From positions 53,072,001 to 53,136,000 of the forward strand of contig OX597817.1 in NCBI GenBank assembly GCA_951406725.2: a stretch of 64,000 nucleotides of DNA. Direction: 5' to 3'. The stretch's first letter is position 1. Each line of letters opens with the position of its first letter. Origin of the DNA: Octopus vulgaris (Eukaryota). The notes below the pieces were generated by a model that made no database searches, was not told the DNA's origin, and saw only the letters and a list, made by a program, of their open reading frames with translations. Shown one piece after another: positions 1 through 12,957 of the stretch. The translations under genes and the position numbers were made by a program.

Positions 1-284
1 TCTTTGTTCCAACTTCCTGTCCATGACAAAAATCGCAGACTGCAACATACACCTGATCACAAAAACACAAATTTCACAACTTGCGAAATAAACACAGTAA
101 TGTCACTGAAAGCCACCTCATGAGTTCATTGCTAGCTCTTACTGGGCATGAAACTGCGCTGCCATCCATCGGGGCGCTACAGAAGTAGTCCGAGAAAATG
201 TTTTGATACAACCTCGTATGTACTTATATACACTAGATGTGAGTGGATGGTTACTCTATGTATTTGAGGTCCTTTTATCTATGC

Positions 285-341
<57 letters not shown>

Positions 342-1645
342 GCACGCACTCACATGATTTTGTGGTTATATTCATTCTAAGAAATCGAAATGGACACAAT
401 CTTCGGAATGCTTTACAAAGTTTCTCTGTACCACAAATCATTGGACTTTTGAGGCTGTGAGTTAATTGACTTCGTTCTTTCTTGGAAATTGCCAAAATTT
501 TAAAGGTTTTTATGCGGTTCTTTTGTTATATAGGTCAATGTACCTATTACAATAGGTGCAAATAAGAAACTACAGCCCAGACACAAAAGCTGTAAGTTTC
601 CCATTAGTTCGCCATATATAGTTTCTTTTTCTGCAGCTCTAATCGAGACTCCCATTCTCTTGTTAGCCGACTTTTACCAACGTTCTTAACTTTGGTTTCT
701 TGTATCATAGAAAAATATTAGTTCTGTTGTTCTTAAACAAGGTAGCTGTTTTTCATGCTCCACAGGATTCTTTATTTTTACAGGTGTGGATACAATCTGG
801 TTGTGGTATGCCTTTTCTATGACCATTGGAACAAATTCTCGCGTGGATGGTATCGCAAATAATTTTGGCGAGAATCTCATAGTTCATGGGGCTTCATAAA
901 TTTGTGACCGTTTTAGGTAACTGCGCATAATTTGAGTGATATCTTGTCTATTAGTATGATATAGTTAACATTTTTTATCACAGCGTGCATGTTTGGAGAT
1001 ATTCTCGTCCCTCTTATTGATCAGTTATTTAATAATTGTCTCTTTGAAGAACAAAGATCTACCTTTTAGAAATGTGAAGTATATAATAACAGTTTCTGAA
1101 GAGGCTATTCTGCCTGTCAGTATTGTGGGTGTCTTCTAGCTTATAGAATATGTACCCATAATTAATTTTTGTTCGTATGATGTATTTCTTTCTAAATTTC
1201 CATTCAAGTAGGTTTGTCCATTTGTCCCTGTGTTTCATAAAACAGCTGCTCGCAACACGGGATAACGTTTTACGACTGCTTCATTTTCCCTCATGACGTT
1301 CATATTTTTGCTGTTGAGTATATATGTAATGCAATCGTTCCTCCTTTTACTGGTCAGAAGATTTTGCCCGATCTCATGCCGCTCCTTTCATCCTTCCATC
1401 TAACACAGACCATGTCGGTATCACTGCTGACATGAAAGTTATCATTGTTAGTTAATATCTTCATAGTACTGATGTCGAAGTTACAAATTTCTTCAAGTAA
1501 CTTGTCTAGTATCTCAAATGTTGATACAAACATCGGCACTGTAAAGGCATTATTTGAGAAGGTCTCATTGAAAGTAAAACATTCCGACTTCCGTACAGTT
1601 TGTATTTATTAGTCACTCTGGCTTAAATCATAACACTAATTTTAT

Positions 1646-1860
1646 TATCTTTTATATAAAATCCGTTCTGTCTGTCTGTGTGTGTGTCTTCTAGGATCTT
1701 GGGCATCCTCCATCCGATTGCGCTCAAATTTGATATGTAGATACCGACGGTATCAGGGCGTGTATAAGTCTTGAAAAAATTACACAAATCGATTCCAGGT
1801 GAGAATGCGATAGATAAAGCCGTGGGAACGTGCATTTGTAAAATCGTTTTTCTTGGAATA
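1646..1860 (-). mobile_element. Helitron/Helentron-like non-autonomous element end (Lep1/DINE-1-like)
   Basis: ATCTTTTATATAAAA...(TCTG)n...CCGATTGCGCTCAAATTTG is the reverse complement of the ...ACAGACA...TATATAAAGAT end type at 4309 and 5922; inner boundary uncertain. Confidence 0.45.
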
Positions 1861-2277
1861 GGAAAAAGTTTATCATTATTTCTTCTTTTGCTGGTGTCTC
1901 AAATTTAGGCTAAATCAGTGTTTCTCAAAGGGACGGTCGGACATGTTGTTTTGAGAGAATTTGGTTTAAATGTTTGACAACTCCACATCGTCCATTGGAC
2001 GGGGGGGGGGGATGCGTTTTATTCGTCAATAATATTATTATTAATCCTGAGATGTTTGTAACATTTGTCCTCAATAATAAAGACGAACTATTAATATCCG
2101 CACTTCTCGCCTTTCCTCAATTGACGACCCAATATTGATACTTATTTTAACCAAATTCCATTCCTAAGTGATCCACGATATGTTGCCAACCGTTCTGTCT
2201 TTTAGTGTATGGAATAAATCTCAAAGACAGCTTAATGTCATCACCGAAAAACGCATAGGTGATCTTTTTTTACATTT

Positions 2278-2570
2278 TATTCTTTACTTGTTTCAGTCAG
2301 TTGACTGCGGCCATGCTGGGGCACCGCCTTTGAAATTTTTTTAGTTGAATGAATCGCCCCCAGTACTTATTTATTAAGCCTGGTACTTATTCTGTCAGTC
2401 TCTTTTGCCGAACTGCTAAATTACGGGGGTCATAAAAACACCATCACTGGCTATCAAGCGATGGCGGGGGACAAACATAGCAAAGTACACATATCCAAGG
2501 TGCCACACAATGTGACAGAACTTGAAACCATGCGGTTACAAAGCAAACTTCATACCACACGGACACGCCT
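2278..2570 (-). mobile_element. SINE family A (tRNA/CORE-like), diverged copy
   Basis: TTTACTTGTTTCAGTCA..GACTGCGGCCATGCTGG 3' end and degenerate head ACCACAC.GACACGCC. Confidence 0.8.
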
Positions 2571-2870
2571 GATATTAATTTTTCTCTCTTTTGTAGAGAA
2601 TCCAGAGATTATAATGTAATTTTTGGATTTTCTTACCATGGTTGACGAAGGATTCACTGCCAGGACGAAAAGTATTACAGATTAGCTACCATTCGGGAAT
2701 ATTTCTGATGAATATTCTTGTTTCTATGTCTTGTGGGAATATTGTGACTAGCTGTAACTTGTTGCTATTGTCATGAATATTTCCTCAATAAAGCTTCAGG
2801 TCTTTGAGAACAAAAGGTGTGGGTGGCATTATATATGTATGGCATTGCATGTATGCATGTCATTATATGA

Positions 2871-3122
2871 ATTGGGTTGGTGCATAATTATTGCGGCTTT
2901 TTTTTACAACAAATTTTATCCAACAAAAACAATAACATGTAACAAAAACATCTTTAAATGATTATTCCGAAGCATATTCACTACCTACTTCAATTACTGT
3001 TTCTCATTTGCTTGGCAGACGGTCAGACCATCATTTGAAGACGTTTTTGTTAAATATTGTTATTGTTTTTGTTGAATAAAATTTATTGAAATAAAGCCGC
3101 AATAATTATGCACCAACCCAAT
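2871..3122. mobile_element. Mariner-derived MITE
   Basis: About 30-bp terminal inverted repeats ATTGGGTTGGTGCATAATTATTGCGGCTTT / AAAGCCGCAATAATTATGCACCAACCCAAT resembling Hsmar1/MADE1 TIRs; no coding capacity. Confidence 0.85.
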
Positions 3123-3511
3123 ATTAGTGTGTGTGTGTGTGTGAGTGTGTGTGTGTGTGTGTGTTATATGTACATGTGACATTATATGCATGTCTGTAAG
3201 TTTCTTTGATTATATTTAACAAACGTTTCTCCAATGAAGAGCCAGTTTTCAACTTAGACACAAAGATCCATCATGGGAATATAGAAAACATAACTGAAAT
3301 ATTTTGCCAATGCATTCATACAATGATGAATGGATCCATGTTTGTGTGTATCTTTGAGATTTCTTGAAATTATTCTGCATAAATCAAGGCCGGTCGTTGA
3401 CACGGTGACAATGACCTTTTTATGAGCCAGTGGGTGAGCGTAGAAGTATTCATCTATGTGTTAACGTAATTACACTCTTGCTATGTGCATATGTAGATGT
3501 GTACGCATCGG

Positions 3512-3612
<101 letters not shown>

Positions 3613-3881
3613 GTGTGTAATTTTAGCCTCTTACACCAGTCTTCAAAAAAGTACGACAGAGAAATAAAATATTTTATTCAAAAATGAAGGGAAAATATAT
3701 AATTCTGGTAATTAAGAGTTTGCTTCGCAACTATAAGCTTCCAAGTTCGGTTTCACTCAGCAGCACGCAAGGCTGATGTCTTGTAATATAGTCTCGTATT
3801 GACTGATGCCTTGTTAGGGAAATTTGATTGACGACGCTAGGAGCCGTCACACACACACACACACGTGCGCGTATACATACA

Positions 3882-3915
<34 letters not shown>

Positions 3916-4309
3916 CTAGCAGTATCGCCCGGCGTTGCTCGGGTTGTAAGGGAAATAACTATATAAGCATTTTTAGAGAGTTATAGCCAAAAATAGCAAA
4001 AAAATGCATTAAAAATTGAAAAAAAATTAAGGTAAATTTTTTTTTAAATCGTTGACACATCGTAGATATTTTTAGAGAGTTACTTCCCTTATATAAAAGC
4101 GAAAAAATGCATTAAAATGGAAAAATATGATGGTAAACTTTTTTTAAATCGTAGACTCATCGTAGACGCACGCTAATACCCAGAAGGGCTCGATATGAAT
4201 CACGACTATAAGATACCCGCTTTTGGTTAAACTGCACCGCAAAATGTGGGAGTAGTTAGGAATCTAAATCGTAGGAGACAGACACACAACTTCACTCTTA
4301 TATAAAGAT
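3916..4309 (+). mobile_element. Helitron/Helentron-like non-autonomous element, unit A copy 1
   Basis: Starts ACTAGCAGTATCGCCCGGCGTTGCTCGGG (subterminal hairpin), ends AGACAGACACAC..TATATAAAGAT; near-identical ends to 5528-5922. Confidence 0.6.
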
Positions 4310-5254
4310 GCTTTTTTTTTTTCAGTCATAGAGTTAGATTTATGAAGGTCTTCAGTAGAAAATCCTTCGAATTCTGACTCGCTGCTTGATATAATGAAAT
4401 TCGTATCCATTTTTTGTCAGAATTACAAATTTTGAAAACACAATAGGAACAAATTTCGGAAAAAAATCTCCCATAATTCACGGAATTAAAATTACACTTC
4501 GATTTTTGTACAAAACTGTAGTTGAAGTGTTTACGAAGTATAATAAGTGTTTTCACGAATGTACTAAAGAGATTTGCTCTGATATTCTCATTTAAATATG
4601 AATAGTTAAATTCGGGCGGCTTGGTAACGAAAGGGTTAAACGGATGCATACATTTATTAATCTCTTATTATAATAACTATATATAGGTGTCGTCTGTTTA
4701 TACATAAACACTGTTTCATACTGCAATTATATATACATATATCTATATATAATATTATATAATAAAATATATACAGAGTAAAATAAAAACCAATTTACCT
4801 TTTCTGTCTGTCCGTGTGTCTTTGCAAATGTGTTGGAATGATAAGTGAGTTGTGTTTTGGCGCCTTTTTTACTAATAACAAACACACACGTGTTTGTATG
4901 TAGTTGTATGTGTATGTAGTTGTATGTAGTTGTATATGTATGTGTATGCGTGTGTGTGAGGAATGACACACACACACTCACGCACGCACACATGTACATC
5001 AATGCTTTCGGAGTGATATGTTAAAATATTGAGTTTTCTCGAATTTTGTCTTAATTGGTGGTAAAATTGAAAGAAATTTTTTATGGCATCACCCACTGAA
5101 GTACTCTGAAAAATCTTAGGTAAATTCTAATTGAAGAAATTGTGTGAGGAGTAAATGGTTATGTATTTATTTGTTTCTGTTTGCTGTGTTTTTTTATTTT
5201 TTGAGTAGTGGTTTAAATACTTTCAGTTTAGTCTTCCTCAAATCACTCTGTCGC

Positions 5255-5527
5255 TATTTACTTTCATTTTATTCGTTGCCCACTGTGTGTGTGCGTTTGC
5301 GTGTGGTGTAAACCAGACTAAGAAAAGCATTTGACACACACACCAGAATGTGAGTTTTCTGTAAATTTTGCTTAATTGGAGTTTAAATTTTAAAAACTGG
5401 ACCTGGCATGACGCGATGCATTGTACTCTTAAAAATGCTAGGTAAATTGTAATTGAAGAAATCCTATATTGTAGATTTCTATAACTCCCAAAGGGAGGCA
5501 GATAAAATTTGCCTTTTATAATAAGAG
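5255..5527 (+). repeat. Helitron-like unit B 3' part, near-identical to 7225-7487
   Basis: About 265 bp (TTACTTTCATTTTATTCGTTGCCCACTG...GCCTTTTATAATAAGA) almost exactly duplicated at 7225-7487. Confidence 0.75.
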
Positions 5528-5922
5528 ACTAGCAGTATCGCCCGGCGTTGCTCGGGTTTGTAAGGGAAATAATTATATAAGCATTTTTAGAGATGTAAAG
5601 TATAATAGCCATCTCAATATGGCTAACCACAAAGGGGGAGGGGTGTTACTGTAGCTTTTTACGTTCTGAGATTTAATAATAAATTTTAGAGAGTTACTTC
5701 CCTTATATATGTCAAAAATGGATTAAAAATGGGAAAAATTGATGGTAAATTTTTTTTAAATCGTAGACTCATCATAGACGCGCGCTAATACCCAGACGGT
5801 CTCGATATGAATCACGACTGTAAGATACCCGGTTTTGGTTAAACTGCACCGCAAAATGTGGGAGTAGTTAGGAATCTAAATCGTAGGAGACAGACACACA
5901 ACCTCACTTTTATATATAAAGA
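5528..5922 (+). mobile_element. Helitron/Helentron-like non-autonomous element, unit A copy 2
   Basis: Same termini and body as 3916-4309; directly abuts unit B. Confidence 0.6.
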
Positions 5923-6084
5923 TTTCCTCTATTTACATAATATTGAGGTCTCTTTCTTTCTTTTGTTATCTTACTGTTTTTACCAATATACATATATATA
6001 TATATATAAATATATATATAGTTACAGAGATGTACTTGCATAGCAAGTGACTTGATCTGAGATCGTGTGCTGGAACGAAAACAG

Positions 6085-6343
6085 TTGCAGCGTTGAAGGT
6101 GTTTATAAGCCATTTAAGAAACACACAAAAACCGTTAGATTCACTTCAACATTTAAATTTAATTTGTCAAAATATTTTCGTCGCTTTGAGACCGCGACCT
6201 GTTAGCACGATATTTTTGTCAGTGAACAGGTCGCGGTCTCAAAGCGACGAAAATATTTTGGCAAATTAAATTTAAATGTTGAAGTGAATGTAACGGTTTT
6301 TGTGTGTTTCTTAAATGGCTTACAAAGACCTTCCACGCTGCAA
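6085..6343. repeat. Long inverted repeat (about 119-bp arms, 21-bp spacer)
   Basis: 6085-6203 is the reverse complement of 6225-6343 with a few mismatches. Confidence 0.9.
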
Positions 6344-6359
6344 TATATATATACACACA

Positions 6360-6390
<31 letters not shown>

Positions 6391-6711
6391 GTGTATATGT
6401 GTATGCATGTATGTGTGTGTGTGTGCGTGTCTGTGCTTGTGATTGTCCTCCACCGCTGCTTGACAACGAATGTTGGTTTGTTTACATCCCTGTCACCTAG
6501 TGGTTTGACAAAGGAAACAGATAGAATAAGTACAATGCTTACAAAAATAAAACTGGAGTTGATTCATTAAACTACAATTCTTCAAGGCATTGCCCCAGCA
6601 TGGCCACAGACCAATGGCTGGAAAAAGCAGAAGAATAAAAGAATACATTCTCTGCTTTGGTCTTATGTTCAAGGCATGAGAAAGCTTGAGTTTACATGAG
6701 AAGGCCTAACA

Positions 6712-6985
6712 GACCTGGTAGAAACAGCAGCCAAATCTCCCTCAAATCACACCTTACTGTCTTATGTATGTATATATATATATATATGAGCCAATGAGGG
6801 GGACCTCTACATGGTAGCTAGACCTGGTAGAAATAGCAGCCAAATTTCCCCCAAATCACACCTTACTGTCTTATCTATGTATATATGTATGTATGAGCCT
6901 ATGAGGGAGACCCCTACATGGCAGCTAGACATGGTAGAAATAGCAGCCAAATCTCCCTCAAATCACACCTTACTGTCTTATCTTT
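6712..6985 (+). repeat. Tandem array of three units of up to about 120 bp
   Basis: GAC(C/A)TGGTAGAAA(C/T)AGCAGCCAAAT(C/T)TCCC(T/C)CAAATCACACCTTACTGTCTTAT occurs three times. Confidence 0.85.
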
Positions 6986-7079
6986 CTGCTACTTGGATAT
7001 AGGTCTTATATTCGTCGTAAAAAACTTTCCTGTCACACACTCACGCACACGCACACACACACACACACGCACCCTCACA

Positions 7080-7116
<37 letters not shown>

Positions 7117-7224
7117 TCACACACACGCACGTTAGCTTACAATTTTATTTATATATTTGCGTGTCTATGTGTGGAAAGAAGAAGTGGGAGGCAGAGTGAA
7201 AGAATCACTCACTACAGTAAGTGA

Positions 7225-7486
7225 ATTACTTTCATTTTATTCGTTGCCCACTGTGTGTGCGTTTGCGTGTGGTGTAAACCAGACTAAGAAAAGCATTTGA
7301 CACACACACCAGAATGTGAGTTTTCTGTAAATTTTGCTTAATTGGAGTTTAAATTTTAAAAACTGGACCTGGCATGACGCATTGTACTCTTAAAAATGCT
7401 AGGTAAATTGTAATTGAAGAAATCCTATATTGTAGATTTGTATAACTCCCAAAGGGAGGCAGATAAAATCTGCCTTTTATAATAAG

Positions 7487-7487
<1 letters not shown>
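7225..7487 (+). repeat. Helitron-like unit B 3' part, copy 2
   Basis: Near-identical to 5255-5527. Confidence 0.75.
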
Positions 7488-7524
<37 letters not shown>

Positions 7525-7611
7525 TTTGTAAAAAAATAAATCCGAAAGAAGCACCCTCTAAGATGTAGAGCAGTATATATTAAAAATGGGAAAGGCCGGT
7601 TTATGGGATAA

Positions 7612-7673
<62 letters not shown>

Positions 7674-7954
7674 GCATGTACATACACGCAGAATATTTAC
7701 ATTGCAAATCTATGTATCACTGCAAGCGTATTGCGTAGAATACATTCAATACGTTAGAACAACAAAACTAAATCAAAACAGAGTGAGAGAGAAAGAGAGA
7801 GAGTGAGAGAGAGAGAGACACACACACACAGAAAGAGAGAGCGATTCGGACAGGCGGAAGGACAGAAGCCCTACATTGTGTAGTGAAAATGTCCAATAAA
7901 AGTGTTATCTACAACTACTTCTGCAGCTGTTAATAACAGTAATAATAATGGTTT

Positions 7955-8310
7955 AAAATTTTTCCACAAGGGCACCAATATTGGGGGAGGGGATGAGTCG
8001 ATTACATCGACCCCTGAAAGGACGAAAGGCAATGTCGACCTCGGCTGAATTTGAACACAGAACGTAGCGGCAGAAGAAATACCTATTTCTTTACTACCCA
8101 CAAGGGGCTAAACACAGAGGGGACAAACAAGAACAGACAAAGGGATTAAGTCGATTATATCGACCCCAGTGCGTAACTGGTACTTAATTTATCGACCCTG
8201 AAAGGATGAAAGGCAAAGTCGACCTCGGCGGATTTTGAACTCAGAACATAACGGCGGACGAAATACCACAAAGCATTTCACCCGGCGTGCTAACGATTCT
8301 GCCAGCTCGC
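7955..8310 (-). mobile_element. SINE family B, dimeric form
   Basis: tRNA-like head GAGCTGGCAGAATCGTTAGCACG, central GCCTTTCATCCTTTC.GGGTCGATAAATTAAGTACCAGT domain (resembles the MetaSINE domain), two different tails. Confidence 0.8.
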
Positions 8311-9061
8311 AGTCTTAATAGTAATGACAACAACAACAACAACGACGACGACAACAATCCTTATTCCATGTCTGCTTAAATTAATTATTTCCTCGCTCAG
8401 TTGTTGAATGATGATTTTGTTGTACCTATTCTCCAGCGCAGAACACACTTGTCGGTCATAAAAAACAATTTCACCTGAAGTTTCACTCTCGTTAACGTCA
8501 TTAATGTCGTCTGGTTCATCGCTAAACTCCCTTTGTTCAAGATAATTAATAGCAGTAAGTAACACAGCCATTTGTGTTTTTATTGGGATACCATTCTAGG
8601 AGGATGGTCAACCAAGTCTGAAAAGGTACCCTTTGCCATCCGATAGTCTTAACCACACAGGACGCCCTCCAGGCCTTTTTGAGGTTTCGGAGTAGGCTTT
8701 AAGGCGATACTACCGACAGAGAGATTTTTTCCCAGTTATAATCAACTGCTAAAACTTACTGTATTTGAACTAATACTTAGTTGTTTGCAACTTGAAAGGA
8801 AGAAGGCAAACCAAAATAAGGATGGTTGAGAACGAAAGGAAGGGCTAAAAGAAATGCAGTTAATCAGTTCCACAGAGTCGCCAAGAATGTTTAAAATGAT
8901 GACTCATCGTGGGAGTGGTTCCAAAATGGAAATTTAAAAGGGCAAAGTAAGTGTTTGCTGGTGGCTGCTCAAGGTCTAAACACTATTGCTTCCGCAGGCA
9001 AGGCTATTTATTTCGTCGCTTCAACGAACAGTGTTTGCTTATATAATCAAGAAATGGAAAA

Positions 9062-9530
9062 TATTCTTTTCTGCTCTAGACACAAGACCCTAAATTTGAG
9101 GGGTGGGACCAGTTGATTAGATCGACCCCAGTACGCAACTGGTATTTAATTTATCGACTCCTGAAAGGATGAAAGGCAAAGTCGACTTCAATGGAATTTG
9201 AACTCAGAACGTAAAGACAGACAAAATACACAAAACACCGCTAAGCATTTCGGCCGGCGTGCTAACGTTTCTGCCAGCTCACCGCCTTAACGAATGGAAA
9301 TTATTCTTTTCTACTCTAGGCACAAGGCCCGAAATTTTAGGGGTGGGAGCCAGTCGATTAAATCGACCCCAATACGCAACTGGTACTTAATTTATCGCCC
9401 TTCCCCCCGAAAGGATGAAAGGCAAAGTCGACCTCGGAGGATTTTGAACTCAGAAACAAAAGACAGACGAAATACCGTTAAACATTTCGCCCGGCGTGAT
9501 AACGTTTCTTATTTCTTTGCTGTCCACAAT
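9062..9530 (-). mobile_element. Two tandem SINE family B copies
   Basis: Same central domain and tail TTCTTTTCT(G/A)CTCTAG(A/G)CACAAG; repeated flank AATGGAAA.TATTC. Confidence 0.8.
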
Positions 9531-10084
9531 TCCTGGGGAATGCGGCACGTTGCGTCTTTGAGCAAAGTGCTTTATTTTATGTTGCTCAAGTTTGCTCCCC
9601 TGAAACGATTACCAGTCCGCTGCCCTAACCACTGAGCCATTGCGCCTCCACAATCATAAATATCCACACAATCCACACAAGCATATACCCTACATAATCA
9701 AGCATAGCCCGAAGCTAAAATAAATAACATCAAACAGGCATCGTCTACGAAACGCAAATAGCACCCAACGAAATAACGCAGCTCGCGTATTCTGCGCAGA
9801 CGACGAAACACTAAAATAACACCAGAAACAAACAAATCAAAGCGATACAAAAACTGTTGTAGCATAGAAAGAGAATTTTGCATTGCCAAATAAACAATAC
9901 TGCGCCTAGCTCAGGAATTGCGTGTGGGGGGTCTACGCATTGTGGAGCAGTTGAATAGATGGTGGTGGTGGTGATGATGATGATGATGATGACGACGACT
10001 CGACGACGATGAAGACAATGATAATAGTCACATCGACAGAATTTTGTTTATCTCAGTACTTGACAGGTATTTTATCTTTCTCTC

Positions 10085-10382
10085 TTTACTCTTTTACTCT
10101 TTTACTTGTTTCAGTCATTTGACTATGGCCATGCTGGAGCACCGCCTTCAGTCGAGCAGATCGACCCCAGAACATATTCTTTGTAAGCCTAGTACTTATT
10201 CTATCGGGCTCTTTTGCCGAACCGCTAAGTTACAGGGACGTAAACACACCAGCATCAGTTGGAGGGACAAACACAGATGCACTAACATATACACACACAT
10301 ATAGGCTTCTTTCAGTTTCCGTCTACCAAATCCACTCAAAAGGCTTTGGTCGGCCCGAGGCTATAGTAGAAGACACTTGCCT
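10085..10382 (-). mobile_element. SINE family A copy
   Basis: Matches the family A body and 3' end. Confidence 0.85.
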
Positions 10383-10399
10383 TACGCCTAACGATACCC

Positions 10400-10950
10400 T
10401 ACCCACAAACGATAAAAAAGCAAAGCTGTTTTGCAGAATGTGCTGGCAACAAGATGGACCGTCTGGCCTGTGGAACAAGAAACTGTATAACAAGAAACTG
10501 TATAACAGTCATTCTAATTTGAAGAACTGTAGCTGGGGCGAGGCACAACGGTCATGGCGTAAACAATAAAGGCAGCGATGTCGGCATTTGGCACCACAGC
10601 CTACCTTTTTAAGAGTAGTTTCCATTCGGCCCATTTCTGCGTAAGACTGGCGATCCTGTTCGTTTCCTCGTCCGAGTTTTTATCCACTTGGAATTCTGGA
10701 CCAAACCAGTCTCCAAGAGGTTTAACCGGTCCTTCACTCCAGAGTCTACCAACATCGTAAGACTGCATCGACCCGACACTCCGGATGCCCAGCTACAAGC
10801 TCACCAATTTGTCAGCATTTATCTTGGCTCCTACCACCGTCTCGTATTCGTTTGGAATGATGCCGACCGTCTCTGCTTCAATGATATCCGACATAATGAC
10901 AGTGATATAGTTGGAGTATGTCGACATAACTATCGCGGGTCCCAGTTAGA
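10400..10950 (-). pseudogene. Degenerate Tx1/L1-type LINE ORF2 fragment (RT C-terminal part)
   Basis: Hand translation ITVIMSD..EYETVVGAKINADK..WSEGPVKPLGDWFGPEFQVDKN..LTQKWAEWKL..MTVVPRP; the C-terminal part aligns with 52440-52596; contains stops. Confidence 0.75.
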
Positions 10951-11055
10951 AAGGAACTTAACCCAAACGTTTGCTTCTTTCATTTCTTTATTTACTTACA
11001 AAATGCTAACAATTCCAAAACTGAAAACACAAATGGAATTATTTTCAGGACATCC

Positions 11056-11483
11056 ATTGACCGTTATGTAAACCTCCTCGTGGAATGTGAAGACGCAGAC
11101 TGGAAAGCAGAACATTTTCCAATCGAAGTCGGATGTAGAGGGTTCGTTGGACACAGTGTGAGACGACTGTTGTTATCGCTAGGCCTAACTCATCATGACC
11201 GATATCCAAGCTACAAAAGGCTAGCCACTGGATTTGGGTAAAAAGAGACGATGAACGATGGCTAGAAGAATATTGAGCTCTATTTGATAACCAGCTGATC
11301 TAGCAAGCGGGGCCTCATATCAGTGAGGGGACCGGTGCGCATTGATGCCGTCGAGAGATAGGCTCCGAAACGGCACGCATTCTCTCCTGATGACCCCATA
11401 CACTTGCTGGCTTCCGGTAGGCTTCCGGTATGTGGAATTTTTGACTGGTAGCACTTGCACGTGCAAGTTGTTTGCAAGACATT
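11056..11483 (+). mobile_element. 5'-truncated HERO-type retrotransposon copy (RLE C-terminus and 3' UTR)
   Basis: High similarity to about 41377-41812, encoding ..ECEDADWKAEHFPIEVGCRGFVG.. and the full 3' UTR. Confidence 0.9.
11300..11410 (+). ncRNA. Permuted hammerhead-like structured RNA, copy 2
   Basis: TGCCGTC-GAGAGA...GAAACGGCA...TCTCTC-CTGATGA-CCCC closed by CTAGCAAG/CTTGCTGG. Confidence 0.5.
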
Positions 11484-12912
11484 TCTATAAAACCGCAAGC
11501 TATTGCTATGAATCTTATAAAAAGTGGAGAAATTTTAGTTCGTCCGATAGAGTTTCTAATTAATCTTACACCATCGAAAAGATTTTCTGTGTTTAAATTT
11601 CTGTTAAAATTTCTCCTTCAGTTTTCAACCTTCAACGCCGTCAACAAATTGTTGAGTTAGTATTTTTTTTTATGAGTTCTCAACTAAAGTGAAATTTAAT
11701 GATTTTTCAAATGTTGAATTTCAAAGTTATATTTTTATTTTCAAAATATATAACTGGAATTGTGGAATGCTGATTTCTCCAGTAATCTCCTAAATCTCTA
11801 TAACACCCGAATCCTTATGTGCAGAAATTTCAATTTTCTTAAGTTCTTAAACTGTTAATTTTAATATCTCAATTACATTCTGTTGCAACAAAAATAAAAT
11901 AAATTTCTCTATCTTATGACATCTACCTCTGTAGAATCTGTTTTCGATTGAAAGAAACGTATGCAATTGCAGAAAGTAGTCAGTTGGTCTGATTAACACA
12001 TAAGAACTTGATGCTTTCTAAGAATTCAAAATTCTCTCAGTGCAAAGATGTAAAGATAAGCACATGGCCGGTAAATGGTAAAGAATATTTAAAAAATTCA
12101 TATCAACGTCTTTTTGCATACGCTTACAGAGAAGTAGACATACGTTTTTACATTAAAACTATGCAACTTCACCGGGAACTATAGTTAGCTCTCCATAGTT
12201 TATAAAAATTCTAGCAGTATTTTCTTATTATTGTTTAAAAGAAAAAGTTAACAATTTCTGAGTGATGTTTGCATAAAAAGCTTTGCCAGGAAGAATATAG
12301 AGCATCCTCTGCAGACAGAGAGAAGAACAAGGTCAGCAAGTGTTGATAAATGGATTGTCTTCTCAGGCAACGCAGGATTGATAATCTATATGTGACCATC
12401 ACGTGCCGCAAAATTTGAGTGGAATACACATGCTTGGGTTAACTGATCAATGCTTGTTTTTTTAATGTTCACAATACTCTAGAAAATACCAGTTATCTGA
12501 GGAACATACAGGTCATGCAAAATCTGAGTACTTCCCAAAAACAGCTGCAAAAGGTTATGAAAGATGTCATCTCAAGCAGTGAAGTGTAACCCAAGCTTTC
12601 TCTTTTATCTTTTATTTACAACCGAAATCATAACTTTGAGGAGGTCGGGTGCTGTTCTAAGATTTTTGCGAGAAAGCACAAGCATACGTCTTGCAGTCAC
12701 CGACTGCATCAATCCCAAACATTTATGTTAACCGATCTTTAACAATTTTAATATCTGACATCGATGATTTTTTTTTTCTTCTTTTGCAATGTGGTTTCTT
12801 GCTGGCATGCGCTTCCAAAATAGATGTTTCAACTACATTAGCAATTTGTGAACGCGTGTAATCATATATTTGTTTTAGTTGTTTTGGGAACAAATTGGCT
12901 ACTTCTTTACCT

Positions 12913-12957
<45 letters not shown>

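Noticed and set aside
6712-6985. CRISPR-like repeat-spacer pattern
   Set aside because: The spacers are near-identical and microsatellite-containing, the context is eukaryotic and there are no cas genes.
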